64,000 bases of DNA from Nitrospinales bacterium. GTDB lineage: Bacteria > Nitrospinota > Nitrospinia > Nitrospinales > VA-1. Both the position numbers and the translations under genes were made by a program. The stretch lies in NCBI GenBank assembly GCA_965262115.1, contig OZ253496.1:2336001-2400000 (forward strand). The letters are read 5' to 3'. A model generated the notes under the pieces. The model made no database searches. It worked only from the letters and a program-made list of their open reading frames with translations, and was not told the origin of the DNA. Each line of letters opens with the position of its first letter. Positions within the stretch are counted from its first letter, which is position 1. Shown in pieces: positions 21,795-30,828 of this stretch.

Positions 21795-22277
21795 ATGAGA
21801 ACTTTAAAAGTATTGACGGTATTGTTTGTGTTGGTAGGGGTTTCAATAGGCCCAGCGTCCAGCGCCGGGGCCGGGGCTGTTTTGCAGGATCTTGAAAATG
21901 CTTTGATGTGCAAATGTGATGACAAGTGTGGAAAAGTTCTTATTAATTGCACCTGCTCCACTGCTGATAAAACCCGTGCCAAGTTTTCGAAAATGCTGGA
22001 GTCAGGTCTTACCGTTGAGCAAATTATAAAAATGCAGGTGGATGAATATGGGGAAACCGTATTGTCCGCTCCTACCAAATTTGGATTCAATCTCACGGCC
22101 TGGATGACCCCGTTTGTAGCTTTAGTTGCCGGGGGATTTGGGCTTCGTAAAGTTTTTCAGTCATGGATCGGGAAAAAAGAGGGTGACGATTCCCCCGAGA
22201 TGCCTGTGGACGAACCTGAAATTTCAGAAAAATATTCCAAGCGTTTAAAAGATGAACTAGACGGGATTGAGCTATAG
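21795..22277 (+). CDS. ccmH: CcmH/CycL-like biogenesis protein
   Basis: Signal peptide, LMCKC..C..C.C, YGETVLSAP..GFNLTAWMTP. Confidence 0.85.
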   Translation: MRTLKVLTVLFVLVGVSIGPASSAGAGAVLQDLENALMCKCDDKCGKVLINCTCSTADKTRAKFSKMLESGLTVEQIIKMQVDEYGETVLSAPTKFGFNLTAWMTPFVALVAGGFGLRKVFQSWIGKKEGDDSPEMPVDEPEISEKYSKRLKDELDGIEL

Positions 22278-22279
22278 GA

Positions 22280-22618
22280 ATGGGATTTATCCACTTCTTA
22301 GAGTTGATTCTGGTTGTTGGAATCCTGCTTGCAGTGGGAATACCGCTTTTTGGGAAATTGAAACTCAAAAATCTGGTGGAAGCGGTGGACCCTGCTGTTG
22401 ACGAATATAAACATCTTTTAGTACGTAAAGAAGAAACTTTGATTTCCATCAAAGAACTGGAATTCGATTTCAGTACCGGAAAAATTTCAGAGCCCGATTA
22501 TAAAGAACTTCGCCATAAGCTGGAAACAGAAGCGACGAAGATTCTGGAGCATCTGGACCAGTTGGAAGAGGAAGGCAAAAAAATAAATCCTCCCATTAAA
22601 CCTAAGGCAATCGTTTAG
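22280..22618 (+). CDS. CcmI N-terminal-like membrane protein
   Basis: TM helix plus IKELEFDFSTGKISEPDY motif, inside the ccm operon. Confidence 0.7.
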   Translation: MGFIHFLELILVVGILLAVGIPLFGKLKLKNLVEAVDPAVDEYKHLLVRKEETLISIKELEFDFSTGKISEPDYKELRHKLETEATKILEHLDQLEEEGKKINPPIKPKAIV

Positions 22619-22629
22619 CAGGGGCTCTA

Positions 22630-23394
22630 TTGAGAATGGTAGACAATCCCAAACCCTCCGATTTTGCTATTGAAGTCCGCCAGCTACGCAAAGAGTTTGG
22701 GGTCTTGAAGGCGGTGGATGGCATCAGCTTTGATTTGAAGCGTGGAGAATTTTTATCGGTGTTTGGTCCCAATGGAGCGGGTAAGACCACTCTGATCAAG
22801 ATTCTTACGGGATTGACCCGGCCTTCATCCGGAACAGCCCGGGTTGCAGGTTACGAGGTGGAAGAGGGGAGATCCGAAATGCGGCGCGAAATCGGTGTTA
22901 TTTCCCATTCACCCGCTTTATATGCAGATTTGACTCCCATGGAAAACCTGGTTTTTTTTGGCAAGATGTATGGGCTGGAGCATCCTCAGGAGTCAGCGCT
23001 GGCAGTTCTTGAAGATGTGGGGCTGGCAGCACGCAGGCATGACCGGGTGCGGATATTTTCCCGGGGCATGTTGCAGAGGCTATCCATCGCCCGGGCCATC
23101 CTGCACGATCCTTCCATATTATTTCTGGATGAACCTTTCACCGGCTTGGATATCCATGCTTCCAACGTGCTCAAAGAGCATCTTCAAACTTTACATAACA
23201 ATAAGAGAACCATATTGATGACCACGCACGATGTTTCATGTGGGCTGGAAATGTGTGACAAGGTGGCCCTACAGGTGATGGGCCGGTTCGCCTTTTTTAA
23301 AGATATTAAAGATGTCGATAAAGAAAATTTTGAGAAGATGTATTTTGATGCGGTTCTCAATAACCAGTTCACCATGGGCCTTCGCCCTCACTGA
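22630..23394 (+). CDS. ccmA: Heme ABC exporter ATPase CcmA
   Basis: GPNGAGKTT, FSRGMLQR, LDEPFTGLD; lies upstream of ccmB. Confidence 0.93.
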   Translation: MRMVDNPKPSDFAIEVRQLRKEFGVLKAVDGISFDLKRGEFLSVFGPNGAGKTTLIKILTGLTRPSSGTARVAGYEVEEGRSEMRREIGVISHSPALYADLTPMENLVFFGKMYGLEHPQESALAVLEDVGLAARRHDRVRIFSRGMLQRLSIARAILHDPSILFLDEPFTGLDIHASNVLKEHLQTLHNNKRTILMTTHDVSCGLEMCDKVALQVMGRFAFFKDIKDVDKENFEKMYFDAVLNNQFTMGLRPH

Positions 23395-23400
23395 GGCAGC

Positions 23401-24081
23401 ATGAACCTTTTTTTGAGTCAAATCGCGGCGATTGTCTGGAAAGATTTCGTGACGGAACTCAAGACCCGGGAACTGTTCAGCGCGATGTTTGTTTTCGCAT
23501 TACTGGTGATGCTGATATTTATTTTTTCTGTGAACCTGAGTGTCGTCAAAGCCAGTGAGGTCGGGCCGGGGATTTTGTGGGTGGCATTTTTATTTTCTGG
23601 AACTCTGGGCCTTAACCGATCTTTCGTGCTCGAAAAAGAAAACGGTTGCCTCATGGGATTGATGCTGGTGCCGGCAGACCGAACGGTTATTTATTTTGGA
23701 AAACTGATCAGCAATTTTGTTTTCCTGACCATTATGGAATTATTCATCCTGCCGTTGTTCATGATATTTTTTAATATTGACCTTATTGAGCACCTGCTTC
23801 CGCTTTTACTTGTTATATTTCTGGGGACCCTGGGTTTCTGCGCTCTGGGAACCCTGTTGTCTTCGTTGGCTTCAAACCTTAAAACCCGGGAAATCATGTT
23901 GCCCATTTTGCTCTATCCCCTACTGGTGCCGATCGTTATCGGAGTGGTTCGGATGACCGGGCAGATTCTGGCTGGGGAGCCTTTGTCGGAAATGATGAAC
24001 TGGATTGGTTTGACGGCATCCTTCGATATCATTTATATTGGTGTCTCCATTATGACCATCGACCATATTCTGGAGGAGTGA
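23401..24081 (+). CDS. ccmB: Heme exporter permease CcmB
   Basis: PGILWVAFLF, EKENG.L.GL, LPILLYPL. Confidence 0.95.
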   Translation: MNLFLSQIAAIVWKDFVTELKTRELFSAMFVFALLVMLIFIFSVNLSVVKASEVGPGILWVAFLFSGTLGLNRSFVLEKENGCLMGLMLVPADRTVIYFGKLISNFVFLTIMELFILPLFMIFFNIDLIEHLLPLLLVIFLGTLGFCALGTLLSSLASNLKTREIMLPILLYPLLVPIVIGVVRMTGQILAGEPLSEMMNWIGLTASFDIIYIGVSIMTIDHILEE

Positions 24082-24085
24082 CGGA

Positions 24086-24229
24086 ATGGATAACCTTGGA
24101 TTTTTATTTGCGGCCAATGCGTTTGTATGGGGCGGCATTATTTATTATGTGTACACCCTCAAGCAGCGCAACAGGGCTCTTGAAAAAGACCTGGACTTGT
24201 TGAAAGAAACTTTGAGCAAGGAAGGATGA
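24086..24229 (+). CDS. ccmD: CcmD-like small membrane protein (47 aa, not in the ORF track)
   Basis: MDNLGFLFAANAFVWGGIIYYVYTLKQRNRALEKDLDLLKETLSKEG; GGAGGAG RBS; stop overlaps ccmC start. Confidence 0.85.
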   Translation: MDNLGFLFAANAFVWGGIIYYVYTLKQRNRALEKDLDLLKETLSKEG

Positions 24230-24942
24230 TGAGTCCCGATGTGGAAGAGGGAAAAGAGGAAGAAAGTAATGTCTTGGTCTGGTTGACGGGTTCTGCGCTT
24301 CTGGCCGCGATGATCGGGATCTTTATTTATGTTCCCACCGAACGGACGGAAGGCCTGATCCAAAGGATCATGTATTTTCATGTGCCTTGCGCCTGGCTGT
24401 CATTTTTTGCTTTCTTTGTGGTTTTCATATGCTCCATTTTGTTTCTTTGGAAGAAAGACCGGGAGTGGGACATTTATGCCCACGCCTCAGCAGAGATCGG
24501 AGTGGTTTTCTGCTCTCTGGTATTGATCACGGGTCCGATCTGGGCAAGACCTATTTGGGGAGCCTGGTGGGTGTGGGACGCGCGCCTCACCTCCACTCTG
24601 ATACTTTGGATCATATACGTGTCCTACCTCATGCTCCGTGCGCAAAGTGATGCCGGCTCCATGCGGGCTCGTTATGCCGCGGTGCTTGGCATTGTCGGGT
24701 TTCTAAATATTCCTTTCATCCATTTTTCTGTACTCTGGTGGCGGACATTTCACCCCCAGCCTAAGGTCATCACTACCGAAGGGATTGGCAAGGGAATGGA
24801 CCCCAGCATGCTGGCTACGCTGGGCATATCTCTGTGTGCCTTCACTCTGCTTTATTTCCTGTTGATGGGTGAGCGGGTGCGGCAGGAAAAACTGAGAGAT
24901 GAAGTTGACCGTCTTAAAAGAGAAAAAATTTACTCGTCTTAA
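24226..24942 (+). CDS. ccmC: Heme exporter / WWD protein CcmC
   Basis: RIMYFHVP, WGAWWVWDARL, WWRTFHP. Confidence 0.97.
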   Translation: MMSPDVEEGKEEESNVLVWLTGSALLAAMIGIFIYVPTERTEGLIQRIMYFHVPCAWLSFFAFFVVFICSILFLWKKDREWDIYAHASAEIGVVFCSLVLITGPIWARPIWGAWWVWDARLTSTLILWIIYVSYLMLRAQSDAGSMRARYAAVLGIVGFLNIPFIHFSVLWWRTFHPQPKVITTEGIGKGMDPSMLATLGISLCAFTLLYFLLMGERVRQEKLRDEVDRLKREKIYSS

Positions 24943-25480
24943 AGACGGATTGCTGGGCCTGTTGATCCTTGTGGCCCTGGCTTTACTCGTACTCCGTATT
25001 CAAAGTCCCGGCCCGGAAAACCCGCAACCGGAAGTCAATCAGTTCAAGTCGCAAGAAGGCTATCTGGCCCCCAAGTTTACTTTAAGGAATCTCAAGGGTA
25101 ACCTTGAGGGGCTTGACGATCATTCCGGTAAAGTGATTGTCGTCAATTTTTGGGCTACCTGGTGCGTTCCCTGTATTAAGGAAATGCCCAGTTTCGAAAA
25201 TCTTTACCGCCGCTTTCGCTCGAAGGGGCTGACTATTCTGGCGATCAGCTTGGACAAAGGTGATTCTTCCAAAGTTCAGGAATTTGTGGATAAGTATAAA
25301 TTGTCTTTCCCGGTTTTGCTGGATACCGAAGGGATCGCCGAAAAACTTTATCCATCTTTTACCATTCCATTCACCTATGTGATCGATAAGCGGGGCCGGG
25401 TGGTCGCCCGTGTAGATGGTGCTAAAAACTGGGAGTCATCTGAAACATTCGAAGCGGTTGAGCATCTTTTAAAACAATAA
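24899..25480 (+). CDS. TlpA/ResA-type thiol-disulfide oxidoreductase (CcmG-equivalent candidate)
   Basis: TM anchor, NFWATWCVPC, cis-Pro IPFT. Confidence 0.9.
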   Translation: MKLTVLKEKKFTRLKDGLLGLLILVALALLVLRIQSPGPENPQPEVNQFKSQEGYLAPKFTLRNLKGNLEGLDDHSGKVIVVNFWATWCVPCIKEMPSFENLYRRFRSKGLTILAISLDKGDSSKVQEFVDKYKLSFPVLLDTEGIAEKLYPSFTIPFTYVIDKRGRVVARVDGAKNWESSETFEAVEHLLKQ

Positions 25481-25500
25481 ACACGTGAGGAAAGCATTTA

Positions 25501-25917
25501 ATGATAAATGAAGATAAAGCCCAGTCTGCCAATGAAAGTTTTTATGAAGCTTTTAATAAAAGGGATATTGAGGCGATGAAAAGGGTGTGGGGGAATGATG
25601 AAAGCATAACCTGTGTTCATCCCGGCTGGCCTCCTCTTAATGGGTTCAAGCCGGTTTTAAATAGCTGGGCGGGTATTTTTGAAAACTCGGGAAATATGGA
25701 GATTCAGATTTCTGATGTGCGGGTTCTGGCTTCGAATGATCTAGCCTGGGTTTCCTGCATCGAGAAGCTTTATACCATCGCTGAGAGCGGAGTGCTGGCT
25801 TCTAAAGTTTTTGCCACTAACCTGTTTCGCCTTGAGGACGATGTTTGGAAGATGGTCATGCATCATGCTTCACCCGTCCCCGACATCCATAAAACGGAAG
25901 ATATCTCGAGGAATTGA
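25501..25917 (+). CDS. SnoaL/NTF2-like protein
   Basis: FYEAF..DIEAM..VW, CVHPGW, ATNLF, WKMVMHHASP. Confidence 0.88.
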   Translation: MINEDKAQSANESFYEAFNKRDIEAMKRVWGNDESITCVHPGWPPLNGFKPVLNSWAGIFENSGNMEIQISDVRVLASNDLAWVSCIEKLYTIAESGVLASKVFATNLFRLEDDVWKMVMHHASPVPDIHKTEDISRN

Positions 25918-25947
25918 AAATGAGCCGGAGTCCGGCGAAAGAGGTTA

Positions 25948-26925
25948 TTATTTTAAAAAACACGCGACATGATGTCCGGGGGCGATTTCTTTAAGAGCAG
26001 GTATTTCTTCTTCACATTGCTTTTCCTTGATGGGGCAACGGTTGTGGAAGGCGCAACCTTTGGGGGGAGTGGCGGGATTTGGGACATCTCCCTTGATAGA
26101 TGCCTTTTGTTGGGTCCGTCCTGATTCGAGGTTGGGAATTGCGTTCAGCAGAGCCGTAGTGTAGGGGTGCTGGGGCGAATTATAAATTTGTTCGCTATTG
26201 GCAAGCTCAACAATTTTTCCGAGATACATCACCGCGACCCGGTCGCAGAAATATTCTACCACCCCCATATCGTGAGAGATAAACAGGTAGGAGATGTCCA
26301 GCTTTTCTTTCAAGTCGAGCAAAAGGTTGATGATCTGAGCCTGTATGGAAACGTCTAAAGCGGATACCGGCTCATCTGCAACCACCAGCTTTGGGTTCAA
26401 GGCGATGGTCCGGGCAATGCCCACGCGCTGGAGCTGGCCTCCGCTCAATTCGTGAGGATACCGGTTAAAATGATCGGAGGTCAGGCCCACGTGTTCTAAA
26501 AGCTGTGTTGCTTTTTCGGCATTTTCTCTCTTGTCTTGGAAGCCATGAATTTCAAAAGGTTCCTGAAGGATATGCCCAATACGTCTTGCCGGATTGACGG
26601 AAGAATAGGGGTCCTGAAAAATGATCTGCATTTTCCTTCTAAGACTTCTCATCTCAGTTTCTTTGAGATCAAACAGGTTAGTGCCGCAAAAGCTTACCTG
26701 TCCTGAAGTCGGCTCAATCAGGCGGAGCAAGGTTCGGGCCGCAGTGGATTTTCCGCATCCACTTTCTCCCACCAGCCCCAGTGTTTCTCCTGCTTTAAGG
26801 GTGAAGGAAATACCATCTACCGCGCGAACCGGCGGGGCTTGTTCTTCGAGAAATTTTTTTTCGGGCAGAAAATATTTTTTAAGATTCCGAACCTCCAGCA
26901 AGGGAATGTTTTTTTCTATAGTCAT
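25948..26925 (-). CDS. Oligopeptide/dipeptide ABC ATPase (DppF/OppF-like)
   Basis: GESGCGKST, LSGGQLQR, ADEPVSALD, HPYT, C-terminal Cys cluster. Confidence 0.93.
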   Translation of the reverse strand: MTIEKNIPLLEVRNLKKYFLPEKKFLEEQAPPVRAVDGISFTLKAGETLGLVGESGCGKSTAARTLLRLIEPTSGQVSFCGTNLFDLKETEMRSLRRKMQIIFQDPYSSVNPARRIGHILQEPFEIHGFQDKRENAEKATQLLEHVGLTSDHFNRYPHELSGGQLQRVGIARTIALNPKLVVADEPVSALDVSIQAQIINLLLDLKEKLDISYLFISHDMGVVEYFCDRVAVMYLGKIVELANSEQIYNSPQHPYTTALLNAIPNLESGRTQQKASIKGDVPNPATPPKGCAFHNRCPIKEKQCEEEIPALKEIAPGHHVACFLK

Positions 26926-27908
26926 ATTGGTCCCGGTTCCAGGTGGCAACTCCATTGCCGCTGGGCATCCGCCTGACGCAATTCGGGTTTTTGGGTTTTA
27001 CATTTTTCAATAGCCCAGGCGCAACGAGGGTGAAACGCGCACCCTGAAGGTCGCTGATGGAGACTGGGAACGTTGCCCGAAATTTCCTCCAGTCGTGCGC
27101 CTGTTTTTTTTGCAGTTCCCAGTTTGGGAACAGAGGCGATGAGTCCCTTGGTGTAAGGATGAAGAGGATTTTTCAGAAGAGCGCGGGTAGGCCCGGACTC
27201 GACTATTTCTCCTGCATACATGACAAGAACCCTCTGAGCGATTTCTGCAACCACCCCCAGATCATGGGTGATAATGAGAATGGACATCCCTGTGTCTTTT
27301 TTTAAATTCTCCAGAAGCTCAAGAATCTGAGCTTGAATCAAAACATCGAGAGCGGTCGTGGGTTCATCGGCGATGAGGACTCTGGGAGCGCAAGCCAGGG
27401 CCATTGCAATCATGACGCGTTGCCGCATTCCCCCGCTGAGTTGATGGGGATAGTGTTTTAGTTTTTCTTCCGGTGAGGGGAGTTCCACCTGAGCCAACAG
27501 GTCTGCCGACTTTTGCAGGGCTTCTTGCCGATTCATAGTCGTATGGCGAAGGAGTGTTTCGGCCATTTGTTCTCCAATGGTCAAGACTGGGTTGAGAGAG
27601 GTCATAGGGTCCTGGAAGATCATGGAAATAGAGCGGCCGCGTATGTCCTGTAAGACTTTTGCATTTAGGGATAACAGGTTCTGGCCGGAAAACAGAATTT
27701 TTCCGCTCAGAATTTCCGCCGGAGGCTCTGGCAAAAGGCGGAGAATAGAAAGGGCGCTGACTGTCTTTCCGCAACCGGATTCTCCGACCAGAGCCAGGGT
27801 TTCTCCCCGGTTTAAATGAAAGCTGATTCCATTGACGGCGGTCAGCTTTCCTCTGGGAGCGGAAAAAGAAACCTTCAGGTTTTGAATATCCAACTCCGGT
27901 GATGACAT
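26922..27908 (-). CDS. Oligopeptide/dipeptide ABC ATPase (DppD/OppD-like)
   Basis: GESGCGKT, LSGGMRQR, ADEPTTALD, HPYT. Confidence 0.93.
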   Translation of the reverse strand: MSSPELDIQNLKVSFSAPRGKLTAVNGISFHLNRGETLALVGESGCGKTVSALSILRLLPEPPAEILSGKILFSGQNLLSLNAKVLQDIRGRSISMIFQDPMTSLNPVLTIGEQMAETLLRHTTMNRQEALQKSADLLAQVELPSPEEKLKHYPHQLSGGMRQRVMIAMALACAPRVLIADEPTTALDVLIQAQILELLENLKKDTGMSILIITHDLGVVAEIAQRVLVMYAGEIVESGPTRALLKNPLHPYTKGLIASVPKLGTAKKTGARLEEISGNVPSLHQRPSGCAFHPRCAWAIEKCKTQKPELRQADAQRQWSCHLEPGPI

Positions 27909-28046
27909 CGCTATTTTCGCAATAAATAGGTTGAAACGAATTTGATCCGGCATAATTCGGTTTTCGAATCTCTGATGTTATAATAAATCATTTATGCGCT
28001 TAATGGTCATCCTGCAGAATTTTAATTGTTGTTGAGTGGAAAATAG

Positions 28047-28451
28047 ATGAAACCCTTCGCAAAAATATTGGTGGTTGAAGATGACTCCACATCCTCAAAA
28101 TTGATGGCCTATCATCTTGGAATGATGGGATTCAAAAACGTCACGGAGGTCGAGGATGGAGACTCGGCGCTGGAGCAACTGAAAAAGGAAAAAGCGGACT
28201 TGGTGATTGCCGATTGGCATATGCCGAAGCTGAATGGACGGGACCTTTTTAAAGCCATCCGGGAAGAGGGATTGTGGCGGGATATTCCCTTCCTGATGGT
28301 CACGGTGGAAAAAGACGATCAAAAGGTGCAGGAAGCCATCCAAGCTGGGGTTCGGGATTATATTGTGAAACCCTTAATGTTGAGAAATTTAAACAAAAAA
28401 TCCGTGAAATGCCAGGGCTGGATCGGGGCTGAATCGAAATGGGGAAAATGA
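28047..28451 (+). CDS. CheY-like single-domain response regulator (probable 1-nt deletion near 28375)
   Basis: VVEDD, DWHMPKLNG, MVT, KP; alternative frame gives KPFNVEKFKQKIREMPGLDRG* ending at 28432. Confidence 0.85.
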   Translation: MKPFAKILVVEDDSTSSKLMAYHLGMMGFKNVTEVEDGDSALEQLKKEKADLVIADWHMPKLNGRDLFKAIREEGLWRDIPFLMVTVEKDDQKVQEAIQAGVRDYIVKPLMLRNLNKKSVKCQGWIGAESKWGK

Positions 28452-28473
28452 ATTTTTGTTTGTTAGAGGCAAA

Positions 28474-28502
28474 GAAAAAGGCGGCCTGACGACCGCCTTT
28501 TC
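28474..28502. terminator. Bidirectional rho-independent terminator
   Basis: AAAAAGGCGG-cctgacga-CCGCCTTTT between convergent genes. Confidence 0.7.
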
Positions 28503-28526
28503 AAGTATATGGTTTTCTTTAAAATT

Positions 28527-29000
28527 CTATTTGGATTTGACAAGGCATTCTTTTTCAAGTTCCTTGCTCACGATATTGTCGCATTTTTTGGGATCGCCTT
28601 GAACCACCCCATAGCAATAGGCCTGGCTATCCCGGTTTAGGATCAGGGTACAGTAATAAATGCTGTGGTCCTTATGTTTGTACCGACTTTCTGGGTTTGA
28701 AATTGGGGTCAGGGCGAGACAAAGGTTTCGCTCATCTTCCTTAGAAAGCTTCCCCGTTGGTTTTGCCGCAGACGAGAACAACCCTGTCTTCTTCATTTCT
28801 GTCATGGGTCCTTGTCCATCAATCACGGTTACCGGATCTACACCCGGGCGTCCCTTTCGAACATCCTGGGTTATTTCATCACAAGCTTTTGTATCCGCAA
28901 TATCAGCCGCCTCCGCAATATCAGCCGCCATGGAGGGTGGAGCTCCAATAAAAAAAGTTAACGATAATACCAACCAACCCATGGCCCTGTTCGTCCACAT
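28527..29000 (-). CDS. Secreted Cys-containing hypothetical protein
   Basis: Signal peptide (..SMA/A), six Cys, GGAGG RBS. Confidence 0.75.
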   Translation of the reverse strand: MWTNRAMGWLVLSLTFFIGAPPSMAADIAEAADIADTKACDEITQDVRKGRPGVDPVTVIDGQGPMTEMKKTGLFSSAAKPTGKLSKEDERNLCLALTPISNPESRYKHKDHSIYYCTLILNRDSQAYCYGVVQGDPKKCDNIVSKELEKECLVKSK

Positions 29001-29231
29001 ATCAGTCTTCCTCCCAAATGGCCTGTATTTTTATGACATCTGACAAAAAAAGAAATAACGCGATGGTTGTAAGGATACCCTATTTTGCCGGAAAAAACCA
29101 AAAATTGTATTCAAACTATTGAAAATAAATGAACTTATGAAAGCTGGGCGGGTGAGGGTAGAGAACTCGCTGATAAGCGAGCCTTCCCCCTCAAAGATAT
29201 GGGAATGGGTTGAACAATAAACTTAATTTGG

Positions 29232-29336
29232 TTACTTTGTTTCGGCTGGCTTTTTCTTGTGCATGGCTCCAAAAACCACCTTCGCCACAGTACCGACCAT
29301 CAATAGTAATAAAATGATTAAAAAGGTCTCGTTCAT
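29232..29336 (-). CDS. Small membrane protein (34 aa, not in the ORF track)
   Basis: MNETFLIILLLLMVGTVAKVVFGAMHKKKPAETK*; AAGGA RBS upstream. Confidence 0.6.
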   Translation of the reverse strand: MNETFLIILLLLMVGTVAKVVFGAMHKKKPAETK

Positions 29337-29534
29337 AAGGGTTCCTTGAGTTGAATAATCAATGAGATTTTAAAATTTCCATATCGGAAAATGATCCGAA
29401 AAAATTAGCTTTCCGAAACTTAAATATGGTTTATTGTACCCATTATAATTGTTAAAAATGTTACGGTTATGTCAAAGATTGGTCAATTATTTGCGTTTCG
29501 GATATCCTGAATCCGATTTTGTTTAGGTGATTTC

Positions 29535-29822
29535 ATGAAATCATGGGAAAAGCCGGAAATAAGAAAATATCTTGGGCCGCTATTAGTAGCCGTTGGACTG
29601 GCCTATACCTATCATTCTCATATTACTGGTTGCTCCCGCTATGTCATTTTCGCGGGCTGGGCGCTTGGACCGCCCGTTTGGTTCCTCCTGGAATATGGCC
29701 TGCTGTTTGATGCTGAAAGTGAGGATTTAAACACCTTCAGGCACACCCAAAGCCTTTGCAGAAACCTTTGGTTGGGGTTCCTGGCCTATTTAGCGGCGTT
29801 TTATCTTGGCCAGTGGAATTGA
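29535..29822 (+). CDS. Small membrane hypothetical protein
   Basis: 95 aa with three hydrophobic segments; AGGTG RBS. Confidence 0.7.
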   Translation: MKSWEKPEIRKYLGPLLVAVGLAYTYHSHITGCSRYVIFAGWALGPPVWFLLEYGLLFDAESEDLNTFRHTQSLCRNLWLGFLAYLAAFYLGQWN

Positions 29823-29944
29823 ATCATGGCTCCTTTTTTCTAGATTATACCTCCTAAATTTGTTTATACTAGCCCACTTTATAAAGCCGGAGAATGAATG
29901 TGATAACACTTGGATAGCACCCGGCACAACCCCTGAACTGTTAT

Positions 29945-30712
29945 ATGCGAATTTTAAGCTGGAATGTCAATGGCGTGCGTGCCGCTGTTAAAAAAGGATT
30001 TTTTGACTGGCTGGAATCTGAATCGCCGGATGTGGTGTGTCTGCAGGAAATTAAAGCGCGAACCGAAGACCTTGATGAATCCATACAAAATCCTGTCGGC
30101 TTTCATGTGGTTTGGAACCCGGCCGAGCGCAAGGGATACAGTGGCGTGGCCATTTTTACCAAAAAGAAACCGAAAGCGATTCATAGAGGGATAGGCATTG
30201 AACGGTTCGATGTAGAAGGACGTGTAATTAGAATCGAGTTCAAGGATTTTGATCTGTTCAATGTTTATTTTCCCAATGGCACCAGCGGTTCAGAAAGGCT
30301 GGAATATAAAATGGAGTTTTATGATGCCTTTCTTAATCATTGCGAACAATTGTGGGCCGAGGGCAGAGAGTTGGTGATCACTGGAGATGTGAACACCGCC
30401 CACAAGGCCATTGACTTGAAAAACCCTAAAGCCAATGAAAAAAATTCAGGCTTTTTGCCGGAAGAGAGGGCTTGGGTTGATAAATTTATTTCACATGGGT
30501 ATGTGGACAGCTTCAGGGCGTTTCACCCGGAACCGGATCAATACACCTGGTGGAGCTACCGGTTTAATGTGCGGACTAAAAATATCGGTTGGCGCATTGA
30601 TTATTTTTTTGTCACGGAAAAACTTATGGCAAAGGTTCAAGACTCTTTCATTCAACCGGATGTCATGGGCTCGGACCATTGCCCTATAGGTCTGGATATT
30701 AAGGCCAGATAA
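29945..30712 (+). CDS. xth: Exodeoxyribonuclease III / AP endonuclease
   Basis: SWNVNG, LQEIK, GYSGVA, GDVN, GWRIDY, SDHCP. Confidence 0.96.
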   Translation: MRILSWNVNGVRAAVKKGFFDWLESESPDVVCLQEIKARTEDLDESIQNPVGFHVVWNPAERKGYSGVAIFTKKKPKAIHRGIGIERFDVEGRVIRIEFKDFDLFNVYFPNGTSGSERLEYKMEFYDAFLNHCEQLWAEGRELVITGDVNTAHKAIDLKNPKANEKNSGFLPEERAWVDKFISHGYVDSFRAFHPEPDQYTWWSYRFNVRTKNIGWRIDYFFVTEKLMAKVQDSFIQPDVMGSDHCPIGLDIKAR

Positions 30713-30828
30713 TCGGGATATGCAACGTTTGCGGATTGTCCGCATCTAATTGTTTGCCATCCTGATAAATCGAGTTTCCCAAGCAAGCGTCACAACAAAG
30801 AATCATTTTGAATTGGAGTGGGGATTTT

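Noticed and set aside
28896..28930. 18-bp tandem repeat in the secreted protein gene
   Set aside because: Small in-frame duplication (ADIAEAADIAD) with no further structure
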